Source: an uncultured Oscillospiraceae bacterium (GTDB taxonomy: Bacteria; Bacillota; Clostridia; Oscillospirales; Oscillospiraceae). Taken from it: DNA of 56,883 bases. This document shows, piece after piece, positions 19,355-28,094 of this stretch. A program made the position numbers and the translations under genes. The notes below the pieces were generated by a model that was not told where the DNA came from, did no database searches, and saw nothing but the letters and a program-made list of their open reading frames with translations. Where the stretch lies: assembly GCA_944385715.1 (NCBI GenBank), contig CALWYI010000001.1, positions 1 through 56,883 on the forward strand. Direction: 5' to 3'. How positions within the stretch are numbered: position 1 is the stretch's first letter; each line of letters starts with the position of its first letter.

Positions 19355-20032
19355 GTGCAGAAAATCGTACCTTCTTACAGCGGCACATTGCGCAGCCATC
19401 TGGTGGAGGTGCCCCAGTGCATCGCCGAGTGCACCGGCATCCGGATCTTCGGCCGCCGGATCAAGTCCCTGGTGTTTTCCACGGACGTGGCCATCATCAA
19501 GAATATCAATGGCGACGCCATCATTGCCGTCTATCCCTTTACCCCCCAGCCCAGCATTGCCCAGGCTATCATCAGCGTATCCGATGTGCCGGTGTTCGTG
19601 GGCGTGGGCGGTGGTGTGACCAATGGCCGGCGCAGCGTAAGGCTGGCCACCTACGCCGAGCACCAGGGGGCCTTCGGTGTGGTGGTGAACGCCCCTATCG
19701 CCGACGAGACCATCGCCCAGATCAAGGACGTGGTGGATATCCCGGTGATTGCCACCATTGTCTCCGATCAGATGGACGTGGGCAAGCGCATTGAAAGCGG
19801 AGCGGATATCCTCAATGTGTCCGGCGCCGCCCAGACCCCGGAGATTGTGCGGAAGATCCGCAGCGAGTTCCCCGATATTCCCATCATCGCCACCGGCGGC
19901 CCCACTGATGAGACCATCATGGAGACCATCCGGGCCGGGGCCAACGCCATCACCTATACGCCGCCCACCAACGGCACCCTGTTTGCCGAGAGCATGCGGC
20001 GCTACCGGGCCAGATATATTCCAGAGGAGTGA
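19355..20032 (+). CDS. conserved TIM-barrel-like protein of unknown function (phosphate-binding barrel pattern)
   Basis: GTG start 7 nt after AGGAGA; alternating beta/alpha pattern, VGVGGG and IIATGGP glycine-rich phosphate-binding-like motifs; listed ATG 19232 lacks RBS. Confidence 0.6.
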   Translation: MQKIVPSYSGTLRSHLVEVPQCIAECTGIRIFGRRIKSLVFSTDVAIIKNINGDAIIAVYPFTPQPSIAQAIISVSDVPVFVGVGGGVTNGRRSVRLATYAEHQGAFGVVVNAPIADETIAQIKDVVDIPVIATIVSDQMDVGKRIESGADILNVSGAAQTPEIVRKIRSEFPDIPIIATGGPTDETIMETIRAGANAITYTPPTNGTLFAESMRRYRARYIPEE

Positions 20033-20048
20033 CAGCCGTCACTTCTCT
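20023..20048. repeat. direct repeat C1: palindromic hairpin containing the stop codon of the + gene
   Basis: agaggagTGAcagccgtcacttctct; 24/26 identical to 20251-20276. Confidence 0.9.
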
Positions 20049-20250
20049 CAGCGTGTCGATTTTATCGACACGCTTCAAAAAATGCAAGCATTTTTGAGGG
20101 GATGCAGCCCGCGGCGTCGCACTCGCTGTGCTCGCACGCTTGCGGGCTGAGAAGTGTTTTTTCCGAGGCGCATGTCCCCGGAAAAAACAGATTGCACCTT
20201 ATTTTGCCGCCTTCGGGCGGCAAAACTCCGCGAGGCTTTTCGACAGATTG
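20049..20250. mobile_element. candidate miniature gene-less insertion C (202 bp, five hairpins) between duplicated hairpins
   Basis: Flanked by C1/C2; hairpins at 20050-20074, 20078-20095, 20108-20148, 20157-20187, 20202-20225; no ORF with RBS. Confidence 0.4.
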
Positions 20251-20276
20251 AGAGGAGTGACAGACGTCACTCCTCT
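20251..20276. repeat. direct repeat C2: palindromic hairpin containing the stop codon of the minus gene
   Basis: agaggagtgacagacgTCActcctct, perfect 11-bp stem; TCA = stop of 20267..21877(-). Confidence 0.9.
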
Positions 20277-21877
20277 GTTTTTGTGTTGGTGTCCTCCCCG
20301 GCGGGAGTCTCCGGGGCAGGGGGCAGCTCCACCAGCCCCTCCAGGTCCGCTGTGGTGATGGTGAGAATGTCCTCGTCGGAGGGGGCCTCCAGGGCCGCCA
20401 CCCGGTTGGCCTGGTTGGCCACGATCCGCTCGAACAGATTCCGGACGTCCCGTGCGTTGCCGAAGTTCTCGTCCCGGTCCTCATAGAGCGCCTCCAGGTA
20501 TTTCCGGACCGCCCCGGCGGCGGCCTCATCCAGCCGGTAGTCGTTGCCCTTCACCTGGGTGAGGAAGATCTCGTAGAGCTGTTCGCCGTTGTAGTCCGCA
20601 AAGAAGAGGTATTTGTTGAACCGGGACTTGAGGCCCGGATTGCTGTCGATGAACCGGGGCATGAGGCTGGCGTACCCCGCCACGATCACCACAAAGTCGT
20701 CCCGATGGTCCTCCATGGCCTTGAGGACGGTGTCGATGGCCTCCTGGCCGAAGTCCTTGTCGGCGTTCTCCGGGGCCAGGGAGTAGGCCTCGTCGATGAA
20801 CAGCACGCCCCTCAGAGCCTTCTGGATGACCTCCTGGGTTTTGATGGCGGTCTGGCCCACATAGCCCGCCACCAGCCCGCTGCGGTCCACCTCCACCAGG
20901 TGGCCCTTGCTGAGAAGGCCCAGGGCGCTGAAGATCTTGCCGATGATCCGGGCTACCGTGGTCTTGCCGGTGCCGGGGTTGCCGGAGAACACCAGGTGGA
21001 GGGACATGTCGGGGCACTTGAGGCCCCGCTCCTTCCGCAGGGCCCGGACCTTCACCAGGTTTACCAGGCTCTCCACGTCCTTCTTCACCGCCTCCAGGCC
21101 GATGAGGGCGTTCAGCTCCGCCATGGCCTCCTCCAGGGTGGGCCTGGGGGTCTCCTCCGGAGCGGATTGATGAGGGGCAGTCTCCGGCGGGGCGGGCGGC
21201 GGCGCGTCCTCCTCCTTCACCGGCAGGGGGTCCAGGGGGCTGCGGGAGGGTTCAGACGGCGTGCCGAAGAAGTCGCTGTAGAGGCTGCGGGACTTGTCCC
21301 GGGAGAGAACCCGGCTGAACTCGTCCATGATGTCGTTGAGCTCTTTGGCGGAGGTCTCCGGGGAGGGCCGGGAGCCGCCCAGGTAGTGCGCCGGCCCCGG
21401 CGTGAGGGTCACCGGCGGCACGCCGGCCCTGTCGCAGACGGTGACCAGCTGGTCGTACAGGGTGGTGATCCGCCTGCTCTCGGAGAAGGAGAAGCTGCCG
21501 TCGCAGGCGGCGCAGAGCATCAGAAGGTTCTTCTGGATCTCCGCGAAGGTGCGGCTGCGGCTCTCTCCCCGGCGGACGTCGTCCTCCGCCAGCTTCTGGA
21601 AGAACTCCGGCACCCCCACTGTGTAGTACGGATTGTCACGGTAGTAGGCCATGGCCTTGCCGAACTGAGCGGCGGTGAAGCGGACGGGGCGGTCCGTGTA
21701 GATCTGGCTGATGCCGGCAAGGCCGCCGCCCTGGTCCGGAGACCCCGCCCAGAGGTACAGGGCGCAGGCCCGGAAGTAGGCGTCCACGTCCCGGGTGGTG
21801 ACGCCCAGCTCCGGCGGCAGGCTCTGACAGAAGTGACCCACGCTCTCGGCGTAGTCACGGTGAAAATTCTTGCTCAT
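20267..21877 (-). CDS. AAA+ ATPase of the SpoVK/CbbX type with ~270-aa uncharacterised N-terminal region
   Basis: Walker A GNPGTGKTTVARI, Walker B VLFIDEAY, CbbX-like LIGLEAVKKDV...lead-in; N-terminal part has no motif I recognise. Confidence 0.8.
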   Translation of the reverse strand: MSKNFHRDYAESVGHFCQSLPPELGVTTRDVDAYFRACALYLWAGSPDQGGGLAGISQIYTDRPVRFTAAQFGKAMAYYRDNPYYTVGVPEFFQKLAEDDVRRGESRSRTFAEIQKNLLMLCAACDGSFSFSESRRITTLYDQLVTVCDRAGVPPVTLTPGPAHYLGGSRPSPETSAKELNDIMDEFSRVLSRDKSRSLYSDFFGTPSEPSRSPLDPLPVKEEDAPPPAPPETAPHQSAPEETPRPTLEEAMAELNALIGLEAVKKDVESLVNLVKVRALRKERGLKCPDMSLHLVFSGNPGTGKTTVARIIGKIFSALGLLSKGHLVEVDRSGLVAGYVGQTAIKTQEVIQKALRGVLFIDEAYSLAPENADKDFGQEAIDTVLKAMEDHRDDFVVIVAGYASLMPRFIDSNPGLKSRFNKYLFFADYNGEQLYEIFLTQVKGNDYRLDEAAAGAVRKYLEALYEDRDENFGNARDVRNLFERIVANQANRVAALEAPSDEDILTITTADLEGLVELPPAPETPAGEDTNTKTEE

Positions 21878-22136
21878 AGTGCCTCCCAGAGAAAGGAAGA
21901 TTGATTTTGGGTATCAGTATAGCATACCCGGATCGGGAAATAAAGTAGGTAGGGCCATTCCCGTTTTTCTCCCCCAAAAATTAATGAGTCCTGTACTTGA
22001 CGGGGAGGGGGGAACAGGATAGGATAGAGGGGAAAGGCGCCCCGCCGGACAGTGGTTGGCGCCGCTGAGGACAGGGCGCCGGGAGGGCCGGCTTTCCCCT
22101 GAATCGCCGCGCCCGCGGCGCCGCACGGAGGTCACT

Positions 22137-23312
22137 ATGGAGATTCCCAAGACAACGATGAAAAAACTGCTGCTGCTGATCGCCTTTGCCGCTCTGGCCT
22201 TCACGGCCTTCCAGTGGATCGACGGCGTGGCGGTGGCGCTGCGTTTCCTGGCGGAGCTGCTGTCCCCGTTCTTAGGCGGGGCGGCCCTGGCCTTTATTCT
22301 GAATGTGCCCATGCGCTTTCTGGAGCGGAATCTCTTCTCCTGGGCCGGGAAGGATAGGCGGGGGAAGGCGCGCCTGCCCCGGAGCCTGGTGCGGGCGCTG
22401 AGCCTCCTTCTGACCTTTGTGCTGGTGGCCCTGGTGGTGATGGTCCTGGCGTTGGTGGTGGTGCCGCAGCTGACGGAGACCATCGCGGGGCTCTCCGTCA
22501 CCATTCAGGCCGCGGTGACCAAGGCCCTGCTGTGGGCGGAGGACCAGTTTGCCAACAACCCCCAGATCGTGGCCTGGCTGGAAGGGCTCACCATCGACTG
22601 GCGCTCCATCGACTGGGAGTCCATTCTCTCCAATGTGGCGGACTTCCTGCGCAACGGCGCGGGGGACGTGCTCAATTCCACCATCTCCGCCGCCAAGAGC
22701 ATGGTCAGCATTCTCACCTCCTCCTTCATCGCTCTGGTGTTTGCCTGCTATATCCTCCTGCAGAAGGAGAAGCTGGGGCTCCAGTGCCGCAAGGCCCTCT
22801 TTGCCCTGCTGCCCAAAAAGGCGGCGGAGCGGATCATCTCCGTGTGCAGCCTCAGCCACCGGGTGTTCTCCAGCTTTATCACCGGCCAGTGCGTGGAGGC
22901 GGTGATCCTGGGCACCATGTTCTTCGTGGTCATGTCCATCCTGAAGATGCCCTACGCCCTGCTGGTGGGCTGCCTCATCGCGGTGACGGCCCTGATCCCC
23001 ATTGTGGGCGCCTTCATCGGCTGCGCCGTGGGCGCCTTCCTCATCCTGATGGTGTCCCCCATGCAGGCCCTGATCTTTGTCATCATGTTCCTCATCCTCC
23101 AGCAGGTGGAGGGGAACCTCATCTATCCCCATGTGGTGGGCAGCTCCGTGGGCCTTCCCTCCATCTGGGTGCTGTTTGCCGTCACCATCGGCGGCAGCCT
23201 CATGGGCGTGGTGGGGATGCTCCTCTTCATCCCCCTGACCTCGGTGCTCTACACCCTCTTCCGGGAGTTCGTCTACAAGCGGCTGCGGGAGAAGAACATC
23301 CGGGTAAAATAG
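22137..23312 (+). CDS. AI-2E family transporter (PerM/UPF0118)
   Basis: Start moved to MEIPKTTMKKLLLLIAF (GGAGG RBS); 7-8 TM, LILQQVEGNLIYPHVVG signature. Confidence 0.85.
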   Translation: MEIPKTTMKKLLLLIAFAALAFTAFQWIDGVAVALRFLAELLSPFLGGAALAFILNVPMRFLERNLFSWAGKDRRGKARLPRSLVRALSLLLTFVLVALVVMVLALVVVPQLTETIAGLSVTIQAAVTKALLWAEDQFANNPQIVAWLEGLTIDWRSIDWESILSNVADFLRNGAGDVLNSTISAAKSMVSILTSSFIALVFACYILLQKEKLGLQCRKALFALLPKKAAERIISVCSLSHRVFSSFITGQCVEAVILGTMFFVVMSILKMPYALLVGCLIAVTALIPIVGAFIGCAVGAFLILMVSPMQALIFVIMFLILQQVEGNLIYPHVVGSSVGLPSIWVLFAVTIGGSLMGVVGMLLFIPLTSVLYTLFREFVYKRLREKNIRVK

Positions 23313-23324
23313 CGGAAAGAAGAA

Positions 23325-23359
23325 CGCCGTCCGGGCACAGGCCCGGACGGCGCTTTTTT
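23325..23359 (+). terminator. intrinsic terminator (usable from both convergent genes)
   Basis: 12-bp stem cgccgtccgggc/gcccggacggcg followed by ctttttt. Confidence 0.8.
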
Positions 23360-23372
23360 GTGGGAGGAGGGG

Positions 23373-24542
23373 TCAGGTCTTGCGCAGCCAGTCCGGCAGG
23401 GAGCGGCTGCGGACCCCGGAGACGATGCCCATGGCGGCGTAGAGGGTGACGATGGAGCTGCCGCCGGAGCTGAAGAAGGGGAGGGTCAGGCCGATGACCG
23501 GCATGACGAAGAGGCACATGCCGATGTTCTCCACGGTCTGGAAAATCAGCATGGTGCCAAAGCCCACGCAGATGAGGCTCCCCATGGTGCTCTTGGCGAT
23601 CCGGGCGGTCTGGAAGCAGCGGTAGACCAGGAGGAACTCCAGGACGATGATGGCCAGGCACCCCACCATCCCCAGCTCCTCTCCGCACACGGCGAAGATG
23701 AAGTCAGTCTGCCGCTCCGGCAGGTTCTCCGCGAAGGAGGACTGGGTCTGGATGCCGTTAAAAAGCCCCTGACCGAAGAGTCCGCCGGAGCCGATGGCCA
23801 TAAGGCTCCGGGTCTGCTGCCAGCCCACCCCGTCGGGGTTGTAGCTGTGGTCGAAAAGGACGATAAACCGCTGCAGAATATGGCTGGGCAATTTCTCCAG
23901 CAGGACCAGCGCGCCGATGCCTATGCCCATAATGCCGAACCCCGCTACAAACCAGTACCAGGCAAGGCCGGCGGCCAGGGCCATGCCGGCGTAGATCATG
24001 AGGTATACCAGGCCGCTGCCGGCGTCGGAGGAGATGGCCACGATCCATACGAACATCAGTCCCGCATGGGCCGCCGGCCAGAAGAGGGAATCCAGGCCCT
24101 TCATTTTCCGGTTGTCCCGGAACCAGGCCATCTGCTTGGCCAGCAGGATGGTGAAGGTCAGCTTCACGATCTCCGACGGCTGGATGCTGGTGGGCAGCCA
24201 GGAGGCGGTGAGCCAGGACTTGTTGCCGTATTTTCCCGTCCCCAGCGGGGTGAGCAGGAGGGCGATAAAGCCCAGATTGAAGAGAAAAAACCATTTCCAC
24301 TTCTCAGAGTAGTGCTCTACATCCAGCGTGGAGAAGATGAAGTAGGCGAACAGTCCGATGACTGCAGCGGCGCCCTGGATGATGACGTCCCGGTAGCTGT
24401 TGGTGTAATTGGTGGCGCTGGCAATCAGGATGATGCCGTAAATGGTAGCCGTCAGGCACAGACCCAGCAGCACCATATCCGCTTTTTTTACGATATACTT
24501 GACGGCGCCCAGAATCTGGGCAAAGACGGACAACAGCGTCAC
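23373..24542 (-). CDS. rodA: FtsW/RodA/SpoVE-family peptidoglycan glycosyltransferase
   Basis: 389 aa, 10 TM, ...SEIVKL..., FIFAVCGEELG, LPFFSSGGSS family motifs. Confidence 0.85.
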   Translation of the reverse strand: MTLLSVFAQILGAVKYIVKKADMVLLGLCLTATIYGIILIASATNYTNSYRDVIIQGAAAVIGLFAYFIFSTLDVEHYSEKWKWFFLFNLGFIALLLTPLGTGKYGNKSWLTASWLPTSIQPSEIVKLTFTILLAKQMAWFRDNRKMKGLDSLFWPAAHAGLMFVWIVAISSDAGSGLVYLMIYAGMALAAGLAWYWFVAGFGIMGIGIGALVLLEKLPSHILQRFIVLFDHSYNPDGVGWQQTRSLMAIGSGGLFGQGLFNGIQTQSSFAENLPERQTDFIFAVCGEELGMVGCLAIIVLEFLLVYRCFQTARIAKSTMGSLICVGFGTMLIFQTVENIGMCLFVMPVIGLTLPFFSSGGSSIVTLYAAMGIVSGVRSRSLPDWLRKT

Positions 24543-24687
24543 CTCCCCATATCAAACCAGCATAAGTGTACCACACAAGGTATGTTCTGTAAACCACCGG
24601 TTTTTCCAATTTTTCTCCGCGTCCCCCTTTCCTCCGCCCGCTTTCCGTGATATACTACCATGTCGAGTATAAATAGGAGGGGCGGCA

Positions 24688-25116
24688 ATGGAGTATCTCT
24701 CTCACAGCGAGCAGGAGACGGAAGACCTGGGGGCCTCGTTGGCGTCGCGGCTCAGGGCCGGGGACGTGGTGGCCTACCGGGGGGACCTGGGGGCGGGGAA
24801 GACCGCCTTCACCCGGGGCCTGGCCCGGGGGCTGGGCTGCGGGGGCCGGGTGACCAGCCCCACCTTCACCATCGTCAACGAGCACGAGGGAAAAATCCCC
24901 CTGTTCCACTTCGATCTCTACCGCCTGGGGGACGAGGAGGAGCTGTGGGACATCGGCTGGGAGGACTACCTGGGCCGGGGCGGCGTGTGCGCCGTGGAGT
25001 GGAGCGAGAATTTTCCCTCGGCTTTGCCGCCGGACAGCGTCACCGTCACCATCCGCCGCTGCCCGGAAAATGAGGACTGGCGGCGCATTACTGTAGAGGG
25101 GGTGTCCCTGAAATGA
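24688..25116 (+). CDS. tsaE: tRNA t6A37 biosynthesis ATPase TsaE
   Basis: GDLGAGKTAFTRG P-loop, SPTFTIVNEH, FHFDLYRL signature. Confidence 0.9.
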   Translation: MEYLSHSEQETEDLGASLASRLRAGDVVAYRGDLGAGKTAFTRGLARGLGCGGRVTSPTFTIVNEHEGKIPLFHFDLYRLGDEEELWDIGWEDYLGRGGVCAVEWSENFPSALPPDSVTVTIRRCPENEDWRRITVEGVSLK

Positions 25117-25814
25117 CGATTTTGGCCCTGGAGACCACCGCCAAGGCGGCCTCCTGCGCGGTACTGCGGGAGGGTATGCCCCTGGCTGCCGCCTGGCAGG
25201 CTACCGGCCTTACCCACAGCCGGACCTTGATGCCCATGGTGGAGGACATGCTGAAAAACAGCGAGCTGACCCTGACGGATATGGACGCCATCGCGGTGGC
25301 GGCGGGTCCCGGCTCCTTCACCGGGCTGCGCATCGGCATCGCCGCGGTGAAGGGACTGGCCTGGGCGGCGGAGAGGCCCTGCGTCGGGGTGTCCACCCTG
25401 GAGGCCATGGCCTGGCCCCTGGCCCACCTGACGGGCACCATCGTCTGCGCTATGGACGCGAGAAGGCAGCAGATCTACAACGCCGTGTTTGCCGCTGAGC
25501 AGGGTACGCTGAGACGCCTGTGCCCGGACCGGGCCATCTCCCTGGCGGAGGCGGCGGAGGAGCTGCGGCACGCCGCCGGCCCCATCACCGTGGTGGGGGA
25601 CGGCTGGAAGCTGTGTACCGATTTCCTGACGGAGCGGGGGATCGCCTGTCAGGCCGCGGTGCCCCACCTGCGGCTTCAGAGCGCCGTGGGAGTGGCCATG
25701 GCGGCGGAGCGGCTGGGTCCGGAGGGTTGGGTGTCCGCCCAGGACCTGGCCCCGGTATACCTTCGCCTGAGCCAGGCGGAGCGGGAGCGGCTGGCCCGGC
25801 TGAACCAGGATTGA
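25113..25814 (+). CDS. tsaB: tRNA t6A37 biosynthesis protein TsaB
   Basis: ILALETTAKAASCAV, GPGSFTGLRIG motif; ATGA overlap with tsaE. Confidence 0.9.
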   Translation: MTILALETTAKAASCAVLREGMPLAAAWQATGLTHSRTLMPMVEDMLKNSELTLTDMDAIAVAAGPGSFTGLRIGIAAVKGLAWAAERPCVGVSTLEAMAWPLAHLTGTIVCAMDARRQQIYNAVFAAEQGTLRRLCPDRAISLAEAAEELRHAAGPITVVGDGWKLCTDFLTERGIACQAAVPHLRLQSAVGVAMAAERLGPEGWVSAQDLAPVYLRLSQAERERLARLNQD

Positions 25815-25857
25815 CGGACCAATTTTTCTGCCACAACAGACAATAGTAACTTGCGGT

Positions 25858-25891
25858 GTCCCGGGACTTTTCTGTCCCGGGACGTGTTTTT
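25858..25891 (+). terminator. intrinsic terminator after tsaB
   Basis: gtcccgggac-ttttct-gtcccgggac then gtgttttt. Confidence 0.75.
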
Positions 25892-25968
25892 GCAGCGCGG
25901 GGGAGCAGGAAAAGCGACCGATGGCCGCCGCCCCATCTGATCCCATCAAAAATACCGGTGCTGATACT

Positions 25969-25996
25969 TTGATAGGGCCAGTTTCCCTGCTATACT
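25969..25996 (+). promoter_or_regulatory. candidate sigma-A promoter for pyridoxal kinase gene
   Basis: TTGATA - 16 nt - TATACT. Confidence 0.5.
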
Positions 25997-26027
25997 ACAG
26001 CAAACCAACAAGAAGGAAGTGCGGCTT

Positions 26028-26858
26028 ATGAAGCGTATCGTCAGCATCCAGGACATCTCCTGTCTGGGCAAGTGCTCTCTCACGGTGGCCCTGCCCATCC
26101 TCTCCGCCATGGGGGTGGAGTGCTCCATCGTCCCCACGGCGGTGCTGTCCACCCACACCATGTTCCAGAATTTCACCTGCAAGGACCTGACGGACCAGAT
26201 CGGCCCCATCGCCCGGCACTGGAAGGAAGAGAAACTGGGCTTTGACGCCATTTACACCGGCTATCTGGCCTCCAAGGAGCAGATCGGGGACATCTGCGCC
26301 TTCTTTGACGACTTCAAGACCGGGGACAACCTCATCGTGGTGGACCCGGTGATGGCGGACAACGGCAAGCTCTATCCCGCCTTCTCTCCGGAGTTTCCGG
26401 CGGAGATGGCCAAGGTCTGCGCCAGGGCGGACCTCATCGTCCCCAACCTGACGGAGGCCAGCCTCCTCACGGGACTGCCCTACCGGACGGAGTACGACGA
26501 GGGCTATATCAGGGAGATGCTCCAGGCCCTGGCCAGGCTGGGTCCCCGGTATGTGGCCCTCACCGGCGTCAGCTTTGAGAAGGGAAGACTGGGGGTCATG
26601 TACTACGACAAGGAGAAGGACACCTACGGCAGCTATTTCACCGAGCACCTGCCCGCCAGCTTCCACGGTACCGGCGACGTGTTCGCCTCCACCTGCGTGG
26701 GCGGCCTGATGCGTGGGCTGCCCCTGGGGGAGGCCCTGGCCCTGGCGGCGGACTACACCGTGGAGTGCATCCGGCTGACCCTGGCCGCTCCCGATGCCAA
26801 GTGGTATGGCGTGGAGTTTGAGAGCGCCATCCCCTACCTGGTGGGCCGACTGTCCTGA
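26028..26858 (+). CDS. pdxK: pyridoxal/pyridoxamine kinase
   Basis: [47 protein letters not shown] ribokinase-fold motifs; ATG 26028 has GAAGGAAG RBS. Confidence 0.8.
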   Translation: MKRIVSIQDISCLGKCSLTVALPILSAMGVECSIVPTAVLSTHTMFQNFTCKDLTDQIGPIARHWKEEKLGFDAIYTGYLASKEQIGDICAFFDDFKTGDNLIVVDPVMADNGKLYPAFSPEFPAEMAKVCARADLIVPNLTEASLLTGLPYRTEYDEGYIREMLQALARLGPRYVALTGVSFEKGRLGVMYYDKEKDTYGSYFTEHLPASFHGTGDVFASTCVGGLMRGLPLGEALALAADYTVECIRLTLAAPDAKWYGVEFESAIPYLVGRLS

Positions 26859-26882
26859 GGCAAATCGGGGCGCACCTGTATC

Positions 26883-26911
26883 TTGCATTTTCTGCCGCGC
26901 TGTTGTACAAT
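26883..26911 (+). promoter_or_regulatory. sigma-A promoter for upp
   Basis: TTGCAT - 17 nt - TACAAT. Confidence 0.6.
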
Positions 26912-27013
26912 AACTCCCGGGAATCTGAAGATGGAGTATGTGCAGGTGGGAGGAACCCAATAGCTGGACATTTCGCTCTGCTCCGTCATACAAAAGAAAA
27001 GGAGTATATTGCT

Positions 27014-27649
27014 ATGTACAGTGAGAAAGTCCATATTGTCGATCACCCCTTGGTGGCCCACAAGCTGACCATCCTGCGGGATAAGAACACCTCCACCAAG
27101 GATTTCCGGGAGATCGTCTCCGAGATCGGGATGCTCCTCACCTACGAGGCCACCCGGGACCTGCCCCTGACGGAAAAAGAGGTGGAGACGCCCATGGCCA
27201 AGACCATGGCCCCCACCCTCAAGGGCAAGAAGTTTGCCGTGGTGCCCATCCTCCGGGCGGGTCTGGGGCTGGTGGACGGCGTGCTGCGGATGGTGCCCTC
27301 CGCCCGGGTGGGCCACATCGGCCTCTACCGCAACGAGGAGACCCTGGAGCCGGTGAAGTACTTCTGCAAGATGCCCAAGGACATCGCCGAGCGGGACGTC
27401 ATCATTGTGGACCCCATGCTGGCCACCGGCGGCTCCGCCGCCGCCGCCATCGGCTTCATGAAGGAGTACGGCTGCACCAACATCAAGCTCATGGTGCTGC
27501 TGGCGGCCCCCGAGGGCATCGAGCGGCTCCAGCGGGAGTATCCGGATGTGGACATCTACTGCGGCGCGGTGGACAGCCACCTCAATGAGATCGGCTATAT
27601 CGTCCCCGGCCTGGGCGACGCCGGAGATCGGATCTTCGGCACCAAGTAA
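27014..27649 (+). CDS. upp: uracil phosphoribosyltransferase
   Basis: Start [23 protein letters not shown] (AAAGGAG RBS); [14 protein letters not shown] loop; C-terminal [17 protein letters not shown] signature. Confidence 0.95.
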   Translation: MYSEKVHIVDHPLVAHKLTILRDKNTSTKDFREIVSEIGMLLTYEATRDLPLTEKEVETPMAKTMAPTLKGKKFAVVPILRAGLGLVDGVLRMVPSARVGHIGLYRNEETLEPVKYFCKMPKDIAERDVIIVDPMLATGGSAAAAIGFMKEYGCTNIKLMVLLAAPEGIERLQREYPDVDIYCGAVDSHLNEIGYIVPGLGDAGDRIFGTK

Positions 27650-27652
27650 GGC
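27613..27652 (+). repeat. direct repeat A1 = last 37 nt of upp incl. stop + 3 nt
   Basis: gggcgacgccggagatcggatcttcggcaccaagtaaggc; 39/40 identical to 27790-27829. Confidence 0.95.
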
Positions 27653-27789
27653 TGACGGGCGGCGGCGCCCAGGCCGCGCCGGGAGACGCGTACAAGCGTC
27701 CCGCGCAGCGGGACCTTGCCGCAGGACGGATTCATTCCGCCTGAGGATGTGCAGATAGAAGGGGTCCCCGGCTTGCCGGAGGCAAGCTG
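27653..27789 (+). mobile_element. candidate miniature gene-less insertion A (137 bp) in the upp 3' region
   Basis: Lies between A1 and A2; shares gcgtacaagcgt, accttg and three positionally equivalent hairpins with insert B. Confidence 0.45.
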
Positions 27790-27829
27790 GGGCGACGCCG
27801 GAGACCGGATCTTCGGCACCAAGTAAGGC
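27790..27829 (+). repeat. direct repeat A2 (non-coding copy of upp 3' end)
   Basis: single T->C difference relative to A1 (GAT/GAC, synonymous in upp frame). Confidence 0.95.
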
Positions 27830-27846
27830 CGGCATTGATTTCTGAT

Positions 27847-27884
27847 AAAAGGCCCGGCGGGCGGCAGCCCGCCGGGCCTTTCGC
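27847..27884 (+). terminator. intrinsic terminator following repeat A2
   Basis: 13-bp GC stem aggcccggcgggc/gcccgccgggcct, short ttt tail. Confidence 0.7.
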
Positions 27885-27950
27885 TATCCTGCACAAAAAT
27901 GAACGGCGGATTTTCGGCGGCGGGGGGCCATTGTTTTTTTCAACAAGCCG

Positions 27951-27979
27951 TTGCATTTTTTTGCACGCTGTTTTATAAT
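27951..27979 (+). promoter_or_regulatory. sigma-A promoter for ssnA leader
   Basis: TTGCAT - 17 nt - TATAAT. Confidence 0.7.
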
Positions 27980-27985
27980 GTAATC

Positions 27986-28094
27986 ACAATTCAAGAATGA
28001 TAGCTGTAAGGAAGTGCTTCGCGCACGGGCTGAAACTATCACTCCGGCTTTTGCTTGAGTGTTTCAAATCCCCTGGGGATTTGAAACATTTTTT
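27986..28094 (+). promoter_or_regulatory. structured 5' leader with intrinsic terminator (candidate riboswitch/attenuator) upstream of ssnA
   Basis: closing stem tgatag(27998-28003)/ctatca(28036-28041) enclosing gtgc-ttcgc-gcac hairpin; terminator gtttcaaatcccc-tg-gggatttgaaac (28061-28087) + atttttt; gggctgaaac (28027-28036) mimics the terminator 3' arm. Confidence 0.5.

Noticed and set aside
26912-27013. PyrR-binding attenuator in the upp leader
   Set aside because: No match to the conserved PyrR loop (..UCCAGAGAGG..) and no terminator hairpin lies between the promoter and the start codon.
27986-28060. Assignment of the ssnA leader to the classical guanine/adenine riboswitch class
   Set aside because: The conserved J1/2 (UAUAAU), L2 (GGAUAUGG) and J2/3 (GUUUCUACC) elements are absent. 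I kept it only as an unclassified candidate.
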